Of a stretch of DNA of 64,000 nucleotides, positions 45,173 through 54,802 are shown in pieces. Each line of letters opens with the position of its first letter. The stretch's first letter is position 1. The notes beneath the pieces are model-generated. The model had not been told where the DNA came from. It searched no databases and worked only from the letters and a program-made list of their open reading frames with translations. The stretch spans positions 2,175 through 66,174 of the forward strand of contig CAYPNI010000003.1 in assembly GCA_964411925.1 (NCBI GenBank), in the 5' to 3' direction. The stretch is from an uncultured Nitrospirales bacterium. GTDB taxonomy: Bacteria > Hydrogenedentota > Hydrogenedentia > Hydrogenedentales > GCA-2746185. The position numbers and the translations under genes are program-made.

Positions 45173-46213
45173 TCAGCCGCCCATCCGATACATTTCGACT
45201 TTGGTGCCGAGTTGAGCGCCCGCCGAGGCGCGCAGTTCCGAGTATCGATCGTCGCGCATGGACCACACGCCCCGCAGCAGCCGGTCGAGCCCGGCGGCGT
45301 CCGCTCCCGCGCGCAGCGGCCCGCGGAGATCGGTGCCGGTGGAAGCAAACAGGCAGGTGTAAAACACGCCGTCCGCTGAAATGCGCGCGCGCGTGCAATC
45401 GCCGCAGAAGGTTTCCGTGACGCTCGAAATGAAACCGACCTCGCCCCGGCCGTCCTCGAACACGTAGCGCGACGCGACCTCGCCGGTGTAGTTCGCGTCC
45501 GCGGCGCGCAACGGATACCTCGCGTGGATGCGGTCGCGCAGCTCGCGCGACGACACAACCTCATCGAGTTTCCAATGATTGCGCGTGCCGACGTCCATGT
45601 ACTCGATGAACCGGATGACGATGCCCGTCCCGCGGAAATGTTCGACCAGATCGAGCACAGTATGATCGTTCACGCCGCGCTGCACGACGGCGTTCACCTT
45701 AATCGACTCGAAGCCCGCGGCCTGCGCGGCTGCGATGCCGTCGAGGACGTTGGCCACCGGCGCGCCCCGGCCGTTCATGCGGCCCGAAACCTCGTCGTCG
45801 AGCGAATCGAGGCTCACCGTCACGCGGCGCAATCCGGCCTCGCGCAGCGCGGCGGCCTGGCGGCGGAGCAACAGCCCGTTCGTGGTCAGGGCGAGGTCCT
45901 CGACGCCGTCGATCGACTGGAGGCGACCGATGAGGTCGGGCAACTCCTTGCGCAAGAGCGGTTCGCCGCCGGTGATGCGCAGCTTGGTGACGCCGAGACG
46001 GACGAACGCGCGCGCGAGCGTTTCGATCTCGTCAAACGTGAGCAACTCGGTCTCGGGCAGGAACTTGTAGCCCTCTCCGAAGCGATCGAGCGGCATGCAA
46101 TACGGACAACGCAGGTTGCACTGATCGATGACGGAGATGCGCAGGTCGTGCAGCGTGCGGCCGAGTCGATCGGCAACGCGCGGCTGGGTATGAGCGGATC
46201 GAACGGTAGCCAT
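45173..46213 (-). CDS. moaA: GTP 3',8-cyclase MoaA (radical SAM)
   Basis: Internal ATG 46213. LRISVIDQCNLRCPYCMP (CX3CX2C), and a C-terminal CGDCTRARISADG cluster motif. Confidence 0.93.
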   Translation of the reverse strand: MATVRSAHTQPRVADRLGRTLHDLRISVIDQCNLRCPYCMPLDRFGEGYKFLPETELLTFDEIETLARAFVRLGVTKLRITGGEPLLRKELPDLIGRLQSIDGVEDLALTTNGLLLRRQAAALREAGLRRVTVSLDSLDDEVSGRMNGRGAPVANVLDGIAAAQAAGFESIKVNAVVQRGVNDHTVLDLVEHFRGTGIVIRFIEYMDVGTRNHWKLDEVVSSRELRDRIHARYPLRAADANYTGEVASRYVFEDGRGEVGFISSVTETFCGDCTRARISADGVFYTCLFASTGTDLRGPLRAGADAAGLDRLLRGVWSMRDDRYSELRASAGAQLGTKVEMYRMGG

Positions 46214-46356
46214 CGGATACGTCCAGACGGACATGATACTAAACAGCCGGGGCGCGATGATGATTTCGGCCGGCGCGCATCGAGGCACGCCCGTGGACTC
46301 TGTTATTCTGCGCGCGCCGCCGCGGGAGGCGCCGCGGTGCGGCCCTGGAGGACCTG

Positions 46357-46815
46357 ATGGACGCGACGCTCATCCTGCCTGCGCTGATGCGCTGGATTCA
46401 CATGCTTGCCGCCGTCTCGGTGGCGGGCAGCATCTTCTTTTTCATGCTTGTGCTTCGCCCCGCGGCGACGAAGGCGCTCACGGCCGAACAACACGCGGCG
46501 CTGCGCGAACCACTGATGCGCCGTTGGAAGATGATCATCCACCCGTCGATCGTGCTGTTCCTGCTGAGCGGGTTCTACAATTACATCACCGTGACCAGCC
46601 CGTTGCACGAGGGCCAGGGACTGTATCATGCGCTGTTCGGCGTGAAGTTTCTGCTCGCGTTGGTCGTGTTCGCGCTGGCGATCGTGCTCACCTCGACGCG
46701 GAACTGGTCGGTCCGCTGGCGCGAGAGCCGCGGCGCGTGGCTCGCGCTGGCCATAGTCACGCTGGCAGTGGTGCTGATCGGCGGCGTGATGAAGGTGATG
46801 CCGGCGGCGGAGTGA
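46357..46815 (+). CDS. Small integral membrane protein (4 TM, CopD/HemJ-like topology)
   Basis: 152 aa with four hydrophobic helices (WIHMLAAVSVAGSIFFFMLVL etc.). The family assignment is tentative. Confidence 0.55.
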   Translation: MDATLILPALMRWIHMLAAVSVAGSIFFFMLVLRPAATKALTAEQHAALREPLMRRWKMIIHPSIVLFLLSGFYNYITVTSPLHEGQGLYHALFGVKFLLALVVFALAIVLTSTRNWSVRWRESRGAWLALAIVTLAVVLIGGVMKVMPAAE

Positions 46816-46824
46816 CTTTCCCCG

Positions 46825-49086
46825 CTACGACGCGGTCCCGCGCAGCACGTTGGCCGTTTCCTGGGGCGCTTGCCGGTGCGATTCGTGGGCAACACGGAGC
46901 GCGGCGTGCGGGCGTTGTTCCTGCGCCCACAGCAGGAACCGGTAGACGCGCTCGAAGACCTCCGGCGCGCGCGGGCCGTTGACAATGCCGTGGTTTTCGC
47001 GCTCGAAGATGGTCAGTTCCTTCAGGGGCGTGCCGACCTTCGAGAAAATGTCCATCGCGCTCGCGGGATCCACGACGGGGTCCTTTGACGACTGTACGAC
47101 CAGCGTCGGGACGACGATATCCGGAAGAACGCGCTCCATCGCTTCCATTGCACGGTTGAGTTCGCGCACGCCGGTGATGGGATTGCGTTTGTAGTTGATG
47201 TTCTCGTTCTCAGGCGAATTCTGGACGTATTCCCAACCGGTATCGCCCCCGCGGATCCGCTGGATGAGGCTGTTAAAGCCGACGACGGAGGGCACGAGCC
47301 GCGCGGCGAACTGCCGCAGCTTGAGCGGCGCGCACACGGAGAACACGGCCTTGAGTTTGTCACGCTTGAGCCCGGCGCCGAGCAGGGCGAGCGTGCCGCC
47401 GGTCGAAAACCCGCCAAGGATGACGTCGTCCGTCAGTGTCTTCACCACGACGTAGCCGCGGTTGAGCGATTCGTACCATTCGCTCCAGTTGGTCTGCGCA
47501 AGGTCTTCGGGCGCGGTGCCGTGCCCGCGCAGTCGCACGACATAAACGAGGTAACCGCGTTCGTAGAGGAACTGCGCGAGGGCCTGCACTTCGCGGGGCG
47601 CGGCGAGGTAGCCGTGCACGAGCACGATGCCCGCGCGGTATCGCTCGGGCACTAGCAGATACGGCCGCCCGACGTCCATCGGGTGGCTCTCCGCGGTGCG
47701 GAACTTGAGATAGTCCGACTCGAACAGGCGCTGGTCCTCGTCGAGGTACATCTTGCGGAGCTTCTCCGACAGCTCGGAGCGTGGCATTTCCGCGATGCGT
47801 TGCACGCGCTCGACAAAGCCTTCGAGCGGCTCCACTTCGTTCGCAATGACGTACGTCATCTCCATCGCGCGAATCGTATGGAAATCGGATTGTCCCGGAG
47901 TCACGCCGGGCGTGCGCCGGTAGAGCGGCCCCTCCTTTTCGAGTACGCCCTCGCGCAGGCACAGTTGGAGGAAATCGTCAAACTTCGCGCTCGGGTCCTC
48001 GTACAGCACGTCCTTGTAGGTGCTGCGGAGCAGGCTGTGCAGCTTGTGCTTGTTCTCCTGGACCATCTCGTGCGTGGCGAGGAACACGCGGTTGCGGTAA
48101 CGGCGCTCGGTGAACGGCGTCGCGCCCTGGTAGCGCACGATGGTCGCGAATACGTGGTCGTAGTTGACGCGCGTGAGCCGGTAGATGCTCTCCATGTACC
48201 GGTGCATGAGCTCGTCCGCGGCCTCGTGGAACATCGAGCGCGGGTCGGCCTCGAGCTTGTGCAGATCGTCGCCACAGGCCATGAGCTCGGCATAGCGCGG
48301 GTCGTACAGATAGCCGCGCACGTCGATCGGCTCGCCCATCGTGACGTCGATGTCCGTGTCTTCGGAGAGCAGCGTCCCTTCGACGGACAGCTCTTCCAGG
48401 GCGCGTTCGCTGAGGTCTTTGGACATGGCCGACGCCATGCGCAGAATGACGTTGTCCCGCGCGCGGATCGGGTAATAGGTGATGTTGATCGGGACCACGA
48501 CCGTGCGCCGGCCGATGATGGCCGCGACGTCTTCGTCCTCGCCGATGCCGAATTTGGCGCGCGCTTCTTCCAGGCCTTCCTTCTTCGGGTTGTTGTAAAT
48601 GCACTCGAGCTTGTGCCGGTAGAACTCGGCGCGCAGCGCGAGCAGTCCCGCGCCCTTGTGCGGAGGGCGCCGTTCTCCGCGGTTGTAGACGTTGAACGAG
48701 CCCGCGGGATCGATAACTTTCTTGTCCTTGATCATCTGCCCTTCGGGGAAGATGACCCAGGGGTGATCACCCTTGAGGAGCGACCGCACGATGACTTTGT
48801 CCCGGTCGGGATCCTGCGTCGAGACCGTTCCCATGCTCCGCAGGAACTTTCCGATGCGCCCGACGAAGAGTTCGTCCGCGGCGAGCGACCACACTTCTTT
48901 CCCCGTGTGTTTGTGAATTTGGTACGGCAGGAGGATGGTCTCAAGGCGGGTAAAGTGGTTCACGGCGAAAATGATCGCCATGTCGTCCTTGATTACGTCC
49001 GCGTTGTGGAGGCGCACGTCGGCCTTGATGAGCCGCGACGCCAGGCGCAACGCCCACTTGGTCGATGTAAACGCAAACGACGGCAT
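46825..49086 (-). CDS. Fusion protein: N-terminal PlsC-type acyltransferase, central helical region, C-terminal alpha/beta hydrolase (lysophospholipase/monoacylglycerol-lipase-like)
   Basis: 753 aa. AVNHFTRLE (HX4D-type box with E), FPEG block. C-terminal VLVHGYLAAP...GGFSTGGTLAL (GxSxG)...SKDPVVD...ENHGI. Confidence 0.75.
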   Translation of the reverse strand: MPSFAFTSTKWALRLASRLIKADVRLHNADVIKDDMAIIFAVNHFTRLETILLPYQIHKHTGKEVWSLAADELFVGRIGKFLRSMGTVSTQDPDRDKVIVRSLLKGDHPWVIFPEGQMIKDKKVIDPAGSFNVYNRGERRPPHKGAGLLALRAEFYRHKLECIYNNPKKEGLEEARAKFGIGEDEDVAAIIGRRTVVVPINITYYPIRARDNVILRMASAMSKDLSERALEELSVEGTLLSEDTDIDVTMGEPIDVRGYLYDPRYAELMACGDDLHKLEADPRSMFHEAADELMHRYMESIYRLTRVNYDHVFATIVRYQGATPFTERRYRNRVFLATHEMVQENKHKLHSLLRSTYKDVLYEDPSAKFDDFLQLCLREGVLEKEGPLYRRTPGVTPGQSDFHTIRAMEMTYVIANEVEPLEGFVERVQRIAEMPRSELSEKLRKMYLDEDQRLFESDYLKFRTAESHPMDVGRPYLLVPERYRAGIVLVHGYLAAPREVQALAQFLYERGYLVYVVRLRGHGTAPEDLAQTNWSEWYESLNRGYVVVKTLTDDVILGGFSTGGTLALLGAGLKRDKLKAVFSVCAPLKLRQFAARLVPSVVGFNSLIQRIRGGDTGWEYVQNSPENENINYKRNPITGVRELNRAMEAMERVLPDIVVPTLVVQSSKDPVVDPASAMDIFSKVGTPLKELTIFERENHGIVNGPRAPEVFERVYRFLLWAQEQRPHAALRVAHESHRQAPQETANVLRGTAS

Positions 49087-49250
49087 ACTCTCCCCCGGCG
49101 GCCTCAGGCGCGAGGCGAACCGACCACCCGCGTAAGTGTACCGTATTGGACGCCCGGCGCGGGAGCGATATTCACTGATTCAGATGGATGGACTCGCGCG
49201 GATAAGAATCGCTGCGTCGCGAACTTCACTCCTCCCCGTGACGGGCGGCG

Positions 49251-49544
49251 TCAGTGCGCAGTGCGGGCCGCGCGGTTTACGCGGTAGACGAAAGCCAGGA
49301 CTTCGGCCACCGCGCGATAGAGCGGTTCGGGGATTTCGGTGCCGAGATCTAGCGCGGCCAGGGTCTGCGTGAGGTCGGCGTCTTCGTGAATTGCGATGCC
49401 CTGTTCGCGGGCGATCTCGATGATGCGCTGGGCGATCAGTCCCGACCCGCTGGCGACCACGCGCGGGGCCTGCTCCTTCGCAGCGTCGTAGCGTAGCGCC
49501 ACCGCGCGCTTTCGGACGGGCTCCGATTCCTCGGGGGTGGGCAT
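49251..49544 (-). CDS. Stand-alone FlhB C-terminal-domain protein (EscU/YscU/HrcU-family export switch-like)
   Basis: Internal ATG 49544. AVALRYDAAKEQAPRVVASGSGLIAQRIIEIAREQGIAIHED...IPEPLYRAVAEVLAFVYRV closely follows the FlhB-CTD-only family pattern. Confidence 0.85.
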   Translation of the reverse strand: MPTPEESEPVRKRAVALRYDAAKEQAPRVVASGSGLIAQRIIEIAREQGIAIHEDADLTQTLAALDLGTEIPEPLYRAVAEVLAFVYRVNRAARTAH

Positions 49545-49545
49545 A

Positions 49546-50721
49546 TCAGGCCGACGCCTCGAATCCGGCGAAGCGCGATGACATGGAGACCAGCGCAGCA
49601 ACGCGGTCGCCGTCCCAGGATTCCGCGCGGACGGTGGCGCCATCGTACCCCGCTGCGCGCAATGCGTCTTCGAGTGACGGCGCGGCGTCGCTGAGGGCTT
49701 GCCGGGCGGCATCGGAGGCGATCCGCATGACGCAGGCGCAGGTGCGGCCCGTGGCCAGAAGGGCTATCCAGACCGGGCCGAGTTGGGACAGATCGAGATC
49801 GAGCACGACGGAATGCGCCCCGGGCTTACCCGCCGCGCCCCGCGATTCGTCGCCGAAGAAATGCACCTGCGCTCGATTAAACCCCGTCTGCTTCGCGAGC
49901 GGGACCTCGATGAACTGGTACGGCGTTTCGAAGCCGCGCACATTCTGCATGCGGGCCGCATCAAAGCGTTCGACCAGCGCGTCGATTGTCTTCAATACGT
50001 GATCAATCTGGGACCCGCCGGCGCCGCGAGACAAGATCTGTTCGCGCAGCGCGATCAACTCATCGAGCAAGGAAGCGTCCGCATTCCCGCGAGGCGACTG
50101 GGTCGCGGTTCCGTGTCCGCGGAGCAGTTCGCGGGCGGCCGCGACGACGCGTTCGAACTCCGCGGTGTTCTCCGCCAACATGCGGCCGGCCATCGCAGCG
50201 AACTGTTCCCGGATGGCCGCGGGAAGACGGCCCGATGTCACCGCGACGTCAATTGCGTCCGCGAGTTGTGCGAGGGCCGCACCGAGGCGTTCGCGGCCGA
50301 CGAGCAGTCCCAGCAGCGCGCGAACCGCCTCCTTGGGCAACCCGTCCGCCTGTGGCAGGAGGGCGATCGCCTGTTCGCGCGGGACGGGGGACGGCAACAG
50401 CGAGAGGATTTCGTTCAGCAACGTCGCGGATGCCGCAGCAGCCGGCGAGGACGCGGCCGCGATCGCGGCGCGGGGCTGCAACTGCAATTGCTTTACGCTG
50501 TTGTCCTCGACGACGCGAACATCGACCAAAGTGCCCGGCGCCAGCGGCGTGTCCTTGGGCAATGGGAGACGAAACTGCGGGAGTGCCAGGGCCAGGCCTG
50601 CGCCATCCGCGACGATGCGTCCCGGAACGGATGCACCGGCGCTCAGGAGGTTCAGAAGGGTCTCGGCGTTCGAGAATCGGCTGAGCGGGAACGTCTGAAC
50701 GGCCCCCGCGCCGAACATCAC
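49546..50721 (-). CDS. FliK-like flagellar hook-length control protein
   Basis: 391 aa. Ala/Pro/Leu-rich N-terminal part. C-terminal Flg_hook-like block (VHFFGD...VVLDLDLSQLGPVWIALL...MRIASDAARQAL...LEDALRAAGY). Sits immediately upstream of the FlhB-CTD gene. Confidence 0.65.
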   Translation of the reverse strand: MMFGAGAVQTFPLSRFSNAETLLNLLSAGASVPGRIVADGAGLALALPQFRLPLPKDTPLAPGTLVDVRVVEDNSVKQLQLQPRAAIAAASSPAAAASATLLNEILSLLPSPVPREQAIALLPQADGLPKEAVRALLGLLVGRERLGAALAQLADAIDVAVTSGRLPAAIREQFAAMAGRMLAENTAEFERVVAAARELLRGHGTATQSPRGNADASLLDELIALREQILSRGAGGSQIDHVLKTIDALVERFDAARMQNVRGFETPYQFIEVPLAKQTGFNRAQVHFFGDESRGAAGKPGAHSVVLDLDLSQLGPVWIALLATGRTCACVMRIASDAARQALSDAAPSLEDALRAAGYDGATVRAESWDGDRVAALVSMSSRFAGFEASA

Positions 50722-50736
50722 GCCCGCGGCCCGCGG

Positions 50737-51645
50737 CTAGCGCTCGCGATCGTGGCGCAGGCTGAGTATCAGGCGCACTTCGCCTTTGCCGACGCCGAGC
50801 TCTCGCGCGATTTCGGGAACGCGCATGCCGGCGTCGCTGTACTCGTAGACGCGCTTCTGAATCGGCGTGAGATACTGGCCGCCGTTGCCGCCCTCGCGCC
50901 CCCGATCGATGATCTCGGACGACGACGGTCCGCGCATGTCTTTCGCGGCGGGCTGCAGATTGAGGAGATCGCGGTAGGCTGCGCGCGTACCTTCGACTTC
51001 GTCTTCGGACAACGGCTCGTCGTGACCGTTCGAGTGCTCGCCGTCGTCGTAATCGTAGTCTTCTTCGATCTCGATGCCGTCGGCTTCTTCATCCTCGACG
51101 GTCTTCATGTCGGCAAACCGCCACCGGTCGATCAGATCCGGCTTGCGCGCAGGCTCCTCTTCGGGAAGGATTTCGAGCGGCGGCTCGATGTTCTGCAGCG
51201 GCTCGAGTTCATGCACCTCCGTATCATCGCCGGATTCTTCCGAATCCGCCTCGGGTTCGTCGAGGTCCGTCTGCGCATCGACGCCCTGCAGGCGCCGCTC
51301 GAGCGCGGAGACATCGCGGCGGGTGCGCGTGGCGAGCGCGGCGAGTTCGCGCTTGGTGCGTTCGAGCTCGGAACGGACATCGCCCGTGGACTGGATGAGC
51401 CGGCGTACTTCGTTGACCTTTTTGTCGATGCTGATATTGAACTCGCGTGCGAGATCTTTCTGCTGCGTCAGGATGTCGCGCATGGTCTGGAACAGGATCA
51501 TCATGTTCGTCAAATCGGACTGGGCCTGGGCGGACGCTGCGCCGCGGCCCGCGCCCCGATCGCTGAACAGGATGTAGAGCAGCGTCAGGAAACTCGTGAC
51601 GACGAGCCCGATCAGTCCCACGATCAAGTAAATGTCGTTTTGCAT
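50737..51645 (-). CDS. Membrane-anchored coiled-coil/acidic protein with C-terminal HTH (DUF2802-like, flagellar-cluster associated)
   Basis: 302 aa. N-terminal TM (IYLIVGLIGLVVTSFLTLLYILF), coiled coil, Asp/Glu-rich tract. C-terminal LTPIQKRVYEYSDAGMRVPEIARELGVGKGEVRLILSL. Confidence 0.55.
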   Translation of the reverse strand: MQNDIYLIVGLIGLVVTSFLTLLYILFSDRGAGRGAASAQAQSDLTNMMILFQTMRDILTQQKDLAREFNISIDKKVNEVRRLIQSTGDVRSELERTKRELAALATRTRRDVSALERRLQGVDAQTDLDEPEADSEESGDDTEVHELEPLQNIEPPLEILPEEEPARKPDLIDRWRFADMKTVEDEEADGIEIEEDYDYDDGEHSNGHDEPLSEDEVEGTRAAYRDLLNLQPAAKDMRGPSSSEIIDRGREGGNGGQYLTPIQKRVYEYSDAGMRVPEIARELGVGKGEVRLILSLRHDRER

Positions 51646-51702
51646 CGGTAGTCCTTTGCTACAACCGTACTGCCTGTCCCGGCCAATGTCCGGCCGGCCG
51701 CG

Positions 51703-52017
51703 CTACACGGTCACGTCGAGCGTGTGACCCTCTCCGGAGTCACGCGCCGTTCGCGGCGCATCAGGCTGGGCCGGCTTCGTTGTGGCGCTCCGGCCCCGGC
51801 GCGGGGGCGGCTGCTTTCCGCGGCCGTCCTGGTCTACGCCTTCGCTCTCCGTTTCGTGTGTCTGGGCGACTTCGTGTTCCCGCGCCGCGCGTTGCCGTTC
51901 CGCGTCCACCTGCGCACGCTGTTGCGCGAGCAATGTCGCACGGACGGCCGCATCCTGGATGCGCTCTGCGGCCAGGGTCCGGCCGAGTTCGCTTTGCATG
52001 TCAATCGGCTGCGGCAT
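51703..52017 (-). CDS. Hypothetical 104-aa protein directly downstream of fliA
   Basis: MPQPIDMQSELGRTLAAERIQDAAVRATLLAQQRAQVDAERQ... is a helical N-terminus followed by a disordered basic/Pro-rich tail. I recognise no family. Confidence 0.5.
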   Translation of the reverse strand: MPQPIDMQSELGRTLAAERIQDAAVRATLLAQQRAQVDAERQRAAREHEVAQTHETESEGVDQDGRGKQPPPRRGRSATTKPAQPDAPRTARDSGEGHTLDVTV

Positions 52018-52043
52018 TCGGGTCGCCTTCTACCCTGTCGTGC

Positions 52044-52805
52044 CTATATGTCCGAGCGCACTACCCGGCGGAGCTGCTTCAGCGCGGCGCCGTGAATCTG
52101 GCAAATGCGCGATTCGGATACCTCTAAGACGGCTCCTATCTCTTTCAGGGTTAATTCTTCGTAGTAGTATAAATTTAACACTTTCTGCTGCTGATCTGCC
52201 AAATCCAGGATGGCTTGCACCAGTTTTTCTTGCCTTTCAATGGCTGCTGCCTCGGATTCCGGGGAGCGCGCGGCATGGTCCTGAATCAGGTTGGCCTTGC
52301 GCGCTTCCTCGCGATCTTCTTGCGGCAGATAGTCGTCGAGCGAGAGAACCTGGGCGGTTTGGAGTTGCGCCATGGTGTCTTCAACCTGGTCCGTCGGGAT
52401 ACCCAGGGACTGCGCAACCTCGTCGTTGGAGGGTTCCTCGCCTTGTTGGTGGCGTAAGGTATCGCGAACATTTCCAATCTTGCGGGCCATCGCCCGCAGG
52501 GACCGGGGCGCCCAATCCAGCGAGCGGATCTCGTCGAGGATCGCGCCGCGGATGCGGATGGTCGCATAGGTGGAAAATTTGATGTCCTGCGCAGGGTCGA
52601 ACTTCTCGATGGCATCCAACAGGCCGAGCACGCCCCAGCCGACGAGATCGTCGAGTTCGATAACGGGCGGAATGTGGATTGCCATGCGGCCGGCGACGAA
52701 CCGGACGACGCCCATGTGGCTGACGATGAGTTCGTCTCGCGCGGCATCGTCGCCGTGTTTCTTGAATCGGGTCCAGAGATCTTTTTCGGCGGCGGCGGTG
52801 ATCAA
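52044..52805 (-). CDS. fliA: Flagellar sigma-28 factor FliA/WhiG
   Basis: 253 aa. Region 2 (GLLDAIEKFDP...KFSTYATIRIRGAILDEIR), region 3, and region 4 (LYYYEELTLKEIGAVLEVSESRICQIH). Confidence 0.92.
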   Translation of the reverse strand: MITAAAEKDLWTRFKKHGDDAARDELIVSHMGVVRFVAGRMAIHIPPVIELDDLVGWGVLGLLDAIEKFDPAQDIKFSTYATIRIRGAILDEIRSLDWAPRSLRAMARKIGNVRDTLRHQQGEEPSNDEVAQSLGIPTDQVEDTMAQLQTAQVLSLDDYLPQEDREEARKANLIQDHAARSPESEAAAIERQEKLVQAILDLADQQQKVLNLYYYEELTLKEIGAVLEVSESRICQIHGAALKQLRRVVRSDI

Positions 52806-53695
52806 CGCAGGCTCTCGATGCGCTCCCGCGGACTGACGATTTCGGTGATGCGGAGGCCGAAGCGTTCGTCCACCACGACAACATCCCCGCGGGCGATGAG
52901 TTTTCCGTTCACGAGCAGTTCGATGGGCTCATCGACCACGTGGCCGAGCTCAATGATCGATCCCGGGCCGTAGTTGAGCACTTCAGCAATCGGCACTTCG
53001 ACGCGGCCCAGGCGCGCCGTGGCGACGAGCTCGATGTCCATCACGACGTCGAGGTTGTCCGGCAGCGGACCGCCGTTGCCGCGGGCGGTGTGGTCGGCCT
53101 CGTCGTCCGGGGTGAAGTCCTTGAGAATGTCTTTCATTTCCTCGTCGCTCACCAACGGTCCCTCCACGCCCGAGGCGCGCTGCCCCAAGGCGTCCGTAAA
53201 AATCAGCACCGCGTTTCCGCGGCCCGTTTCGTCCTCAAAACTGACTTCTGCGCCGGTCAGTCCGGCGCCCAGCTTGGCGGTCAACGCCGCCGCGGCCTCG
53301 CCGATGCTGAACGCGGCCTGGTCCATCGACGCGCCGCCAATCACGGCTGCGAGACCCGACAGGCCGCCGCCGATCATCGTCTCGCAAAGTTCCTGAAGCA
53401 CGGCGGAATCGCCGGCGGAGACCGCCGCCTTCTTCGCCGGGTCCTCCCCGCCCACGCGCGCGACGAGCGAAGCGGCGCTATCGTTCGTCAGCAACAGTGC
53501 CGCGGCGCCGCCGCCTTCGATCCGCGCATGGAGCCAGACGGGGTGCGTTTCAGTCCACTTCGCGAGCATGCCGGCGTCGGCCGCGGTGGGCACGCCGGCC
53601 TTTTGCTTGAATTTCGCGCCCAGGAGTGCGCCGAGCGCCGCGAATGCGCCATCGATGAATCCGGCGGCGATTTGTTGTGCGCGTTTCGCGTCCAC
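52802..53695 (-). CDS. fliN: Flagellar motor switch protein FliN/FliY (CheC-like N-terminal part + FliN C-terminal domain)
   Basis: 297 aa. C-terminal LDVVMDIELVATARLGRVEVPIAEVLNYGPGSIIELGHVVDEPIELLVNGKLIARGDVVVVDERFGLRITEI is a canonical FliN/SpoA domain. Stop overlaps the fliA ATG (ATGA). Confidence 0.88.
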   Translation of the reverse strand: MDAKRAQQIAAGFIDGAFAALGALLGAKFKQKAGVPTAADAGMLAKWTETHPVWLHARIEGGGAAALLLTNDSAASLVARVGGEDPAKKAAVSAGDSAVLQELCETMIGGGLSGLAAVIGGASMDQAAFSIGEAAAALTAKLGAGLTGAEVSFEDETGRGNAVLIFTDALGQRASGVEGPLVSDEEMKDILKDFTPDDEADHTARGNGGPLPDNLDVVMDIELVATARLGRVEVPIAEVLNYGPGSIIELGHVVDEPIELLVNGKLIARGDVVVVDERFGLRITEIVSPRERIESLR

Positions 53696-53707
53696 GTCCT
53701 GCCGGCC

Positions 53708-54694
53708 TCAGTCGTCCCGCACAATCGAGACCAGTTGCACGGAACTCTGTTCGCCGCGTTTCCCGGGCCGGCCCATAAACCGCGTGATGCCGCCGACCCG
53801 CACCGGGATGGCTTCGGCGTGGTACGTGTCCAGCGTAACGACGTCGCCGCGCTGCAAGCGCCAGATCTCGCTCAGCGGCAGACGCGTGCTGCCCAACACG
53901 GGTTCAACGGTCACGTGCGTACGGCGCACGACGTTCTCGAGCTGCCGCCGGTTTTGCGCGAGGATTTCTGGAGCCACCTGGCGCTGGTAATGCGCCTGTG
54001 TCGAAATCTGGTCGAGAATCGGGTTGACGACGACGAGCGGCACGCACATGTTCATCGAGCCGACGGTCTCTCCGATGTAGACCTCATAGCCGACGAGAAT
54101 GACCATTTCGCTGCCGGCGACGATCTGGACGATGAGCGGGTCGCTTTCCTGGTTGACCACGCCCATCTTGAACTCGACCAGATGTTCCCACGCGCGCTTC
54201 CAACTGTCGAGGATCATCAGGATGATGCGATAGACGATGCGATCTTCGATCTCGGTCAATTCGCGCGGCGTCCCCATCGCCTGGCCGCGGCCGCCGAGCA
54301 CGCGATCGACGATCGGGAAGACCATCGACGGACTCATTTCGATGACCGCGTGGCCGTCCAGCGGCGACATGTCGATAATCGACATCGATGTCGGGCGGGC
54401 TACGGAGAGAATGAATTCGTCGTAGGTCAACTGGTCGATCGATACGAGGTCAACGCGGACGACGGTGCGCAGAAACGGCGGCAGGACGATGCCCAGCTCG
54501 CGCGAGAAAGCTTCGAACAGGCTCTGCAGCCCCTTGAGCTGGTCCTTGGAGACGCGCTCGGGCCGGCGAAAATCGTACGTGGAGAGGACGGGGCCGTCCT
54601 CCGGACTGCGCGACGCGAGATCCTCGCCACCGGAGGATTCATCGACGGACGAGAGCAGCAGGTCGACTTCTTCCTGACTGAGAATGTCGGCCAT
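53708..54694 (-). CDS. fliM: Flagellar motor switch protein FliM
   Basis: 328 aa. N-terminal LSQEEVDLLL CheY-P-binding motif, YDFRRPERVSKDQL, and a C-terminal SpoA-like domain. Confidence 0.93.
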   Translation of the reverse strand: MADILSQEEVDLLLSSVDESSGGEDLASRSPEDGPVLSTYDFRRPERVSKDQLKGLQSLFEAFSRELGIVLPPFLRTVVRVDLVSIDQLTYDEFILSVARPTSMSIIDMSPLDGHAVIEMSPSMVFPIVDRVLGGRGQAMGTPRELTEIEDRIVYRIILMILDSWKRAWEHLVEFKMGVVNQESDPLIVQIVAGSEMVILVGYEVYIGETVGSMNMCVPLVVVNPILDQISTQAHYQRQVAPEILAQNRRQLENVVRRTHVTVEPVLGSTRLPLSEIWRLQRGDVVTLDTYHAEAIPVRVGGITRFMGRPGKRGEQSSVQLVSIVRDD

Positions 54695-54802
54695 GGCCCC
54701 TCGGCCCCCGTTAAGTCGTTACAACGACTGTGCTTCCGCCCCCGGAAGCGCAGGCACTATAACATAACGCCCCCGACAACACAGTGCCCCGGGCAACGGC
54801 GC

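Noticed and set aside
46214-46356. Possible Moco riboswitch in the moaA leader
   Set aside because: I read the minus-strand leader and could not recognise the conserved Moco-motif core. It is only about 140 nt and is shared with a divergent gene. An Infernal scan with RF01055 would settle it.
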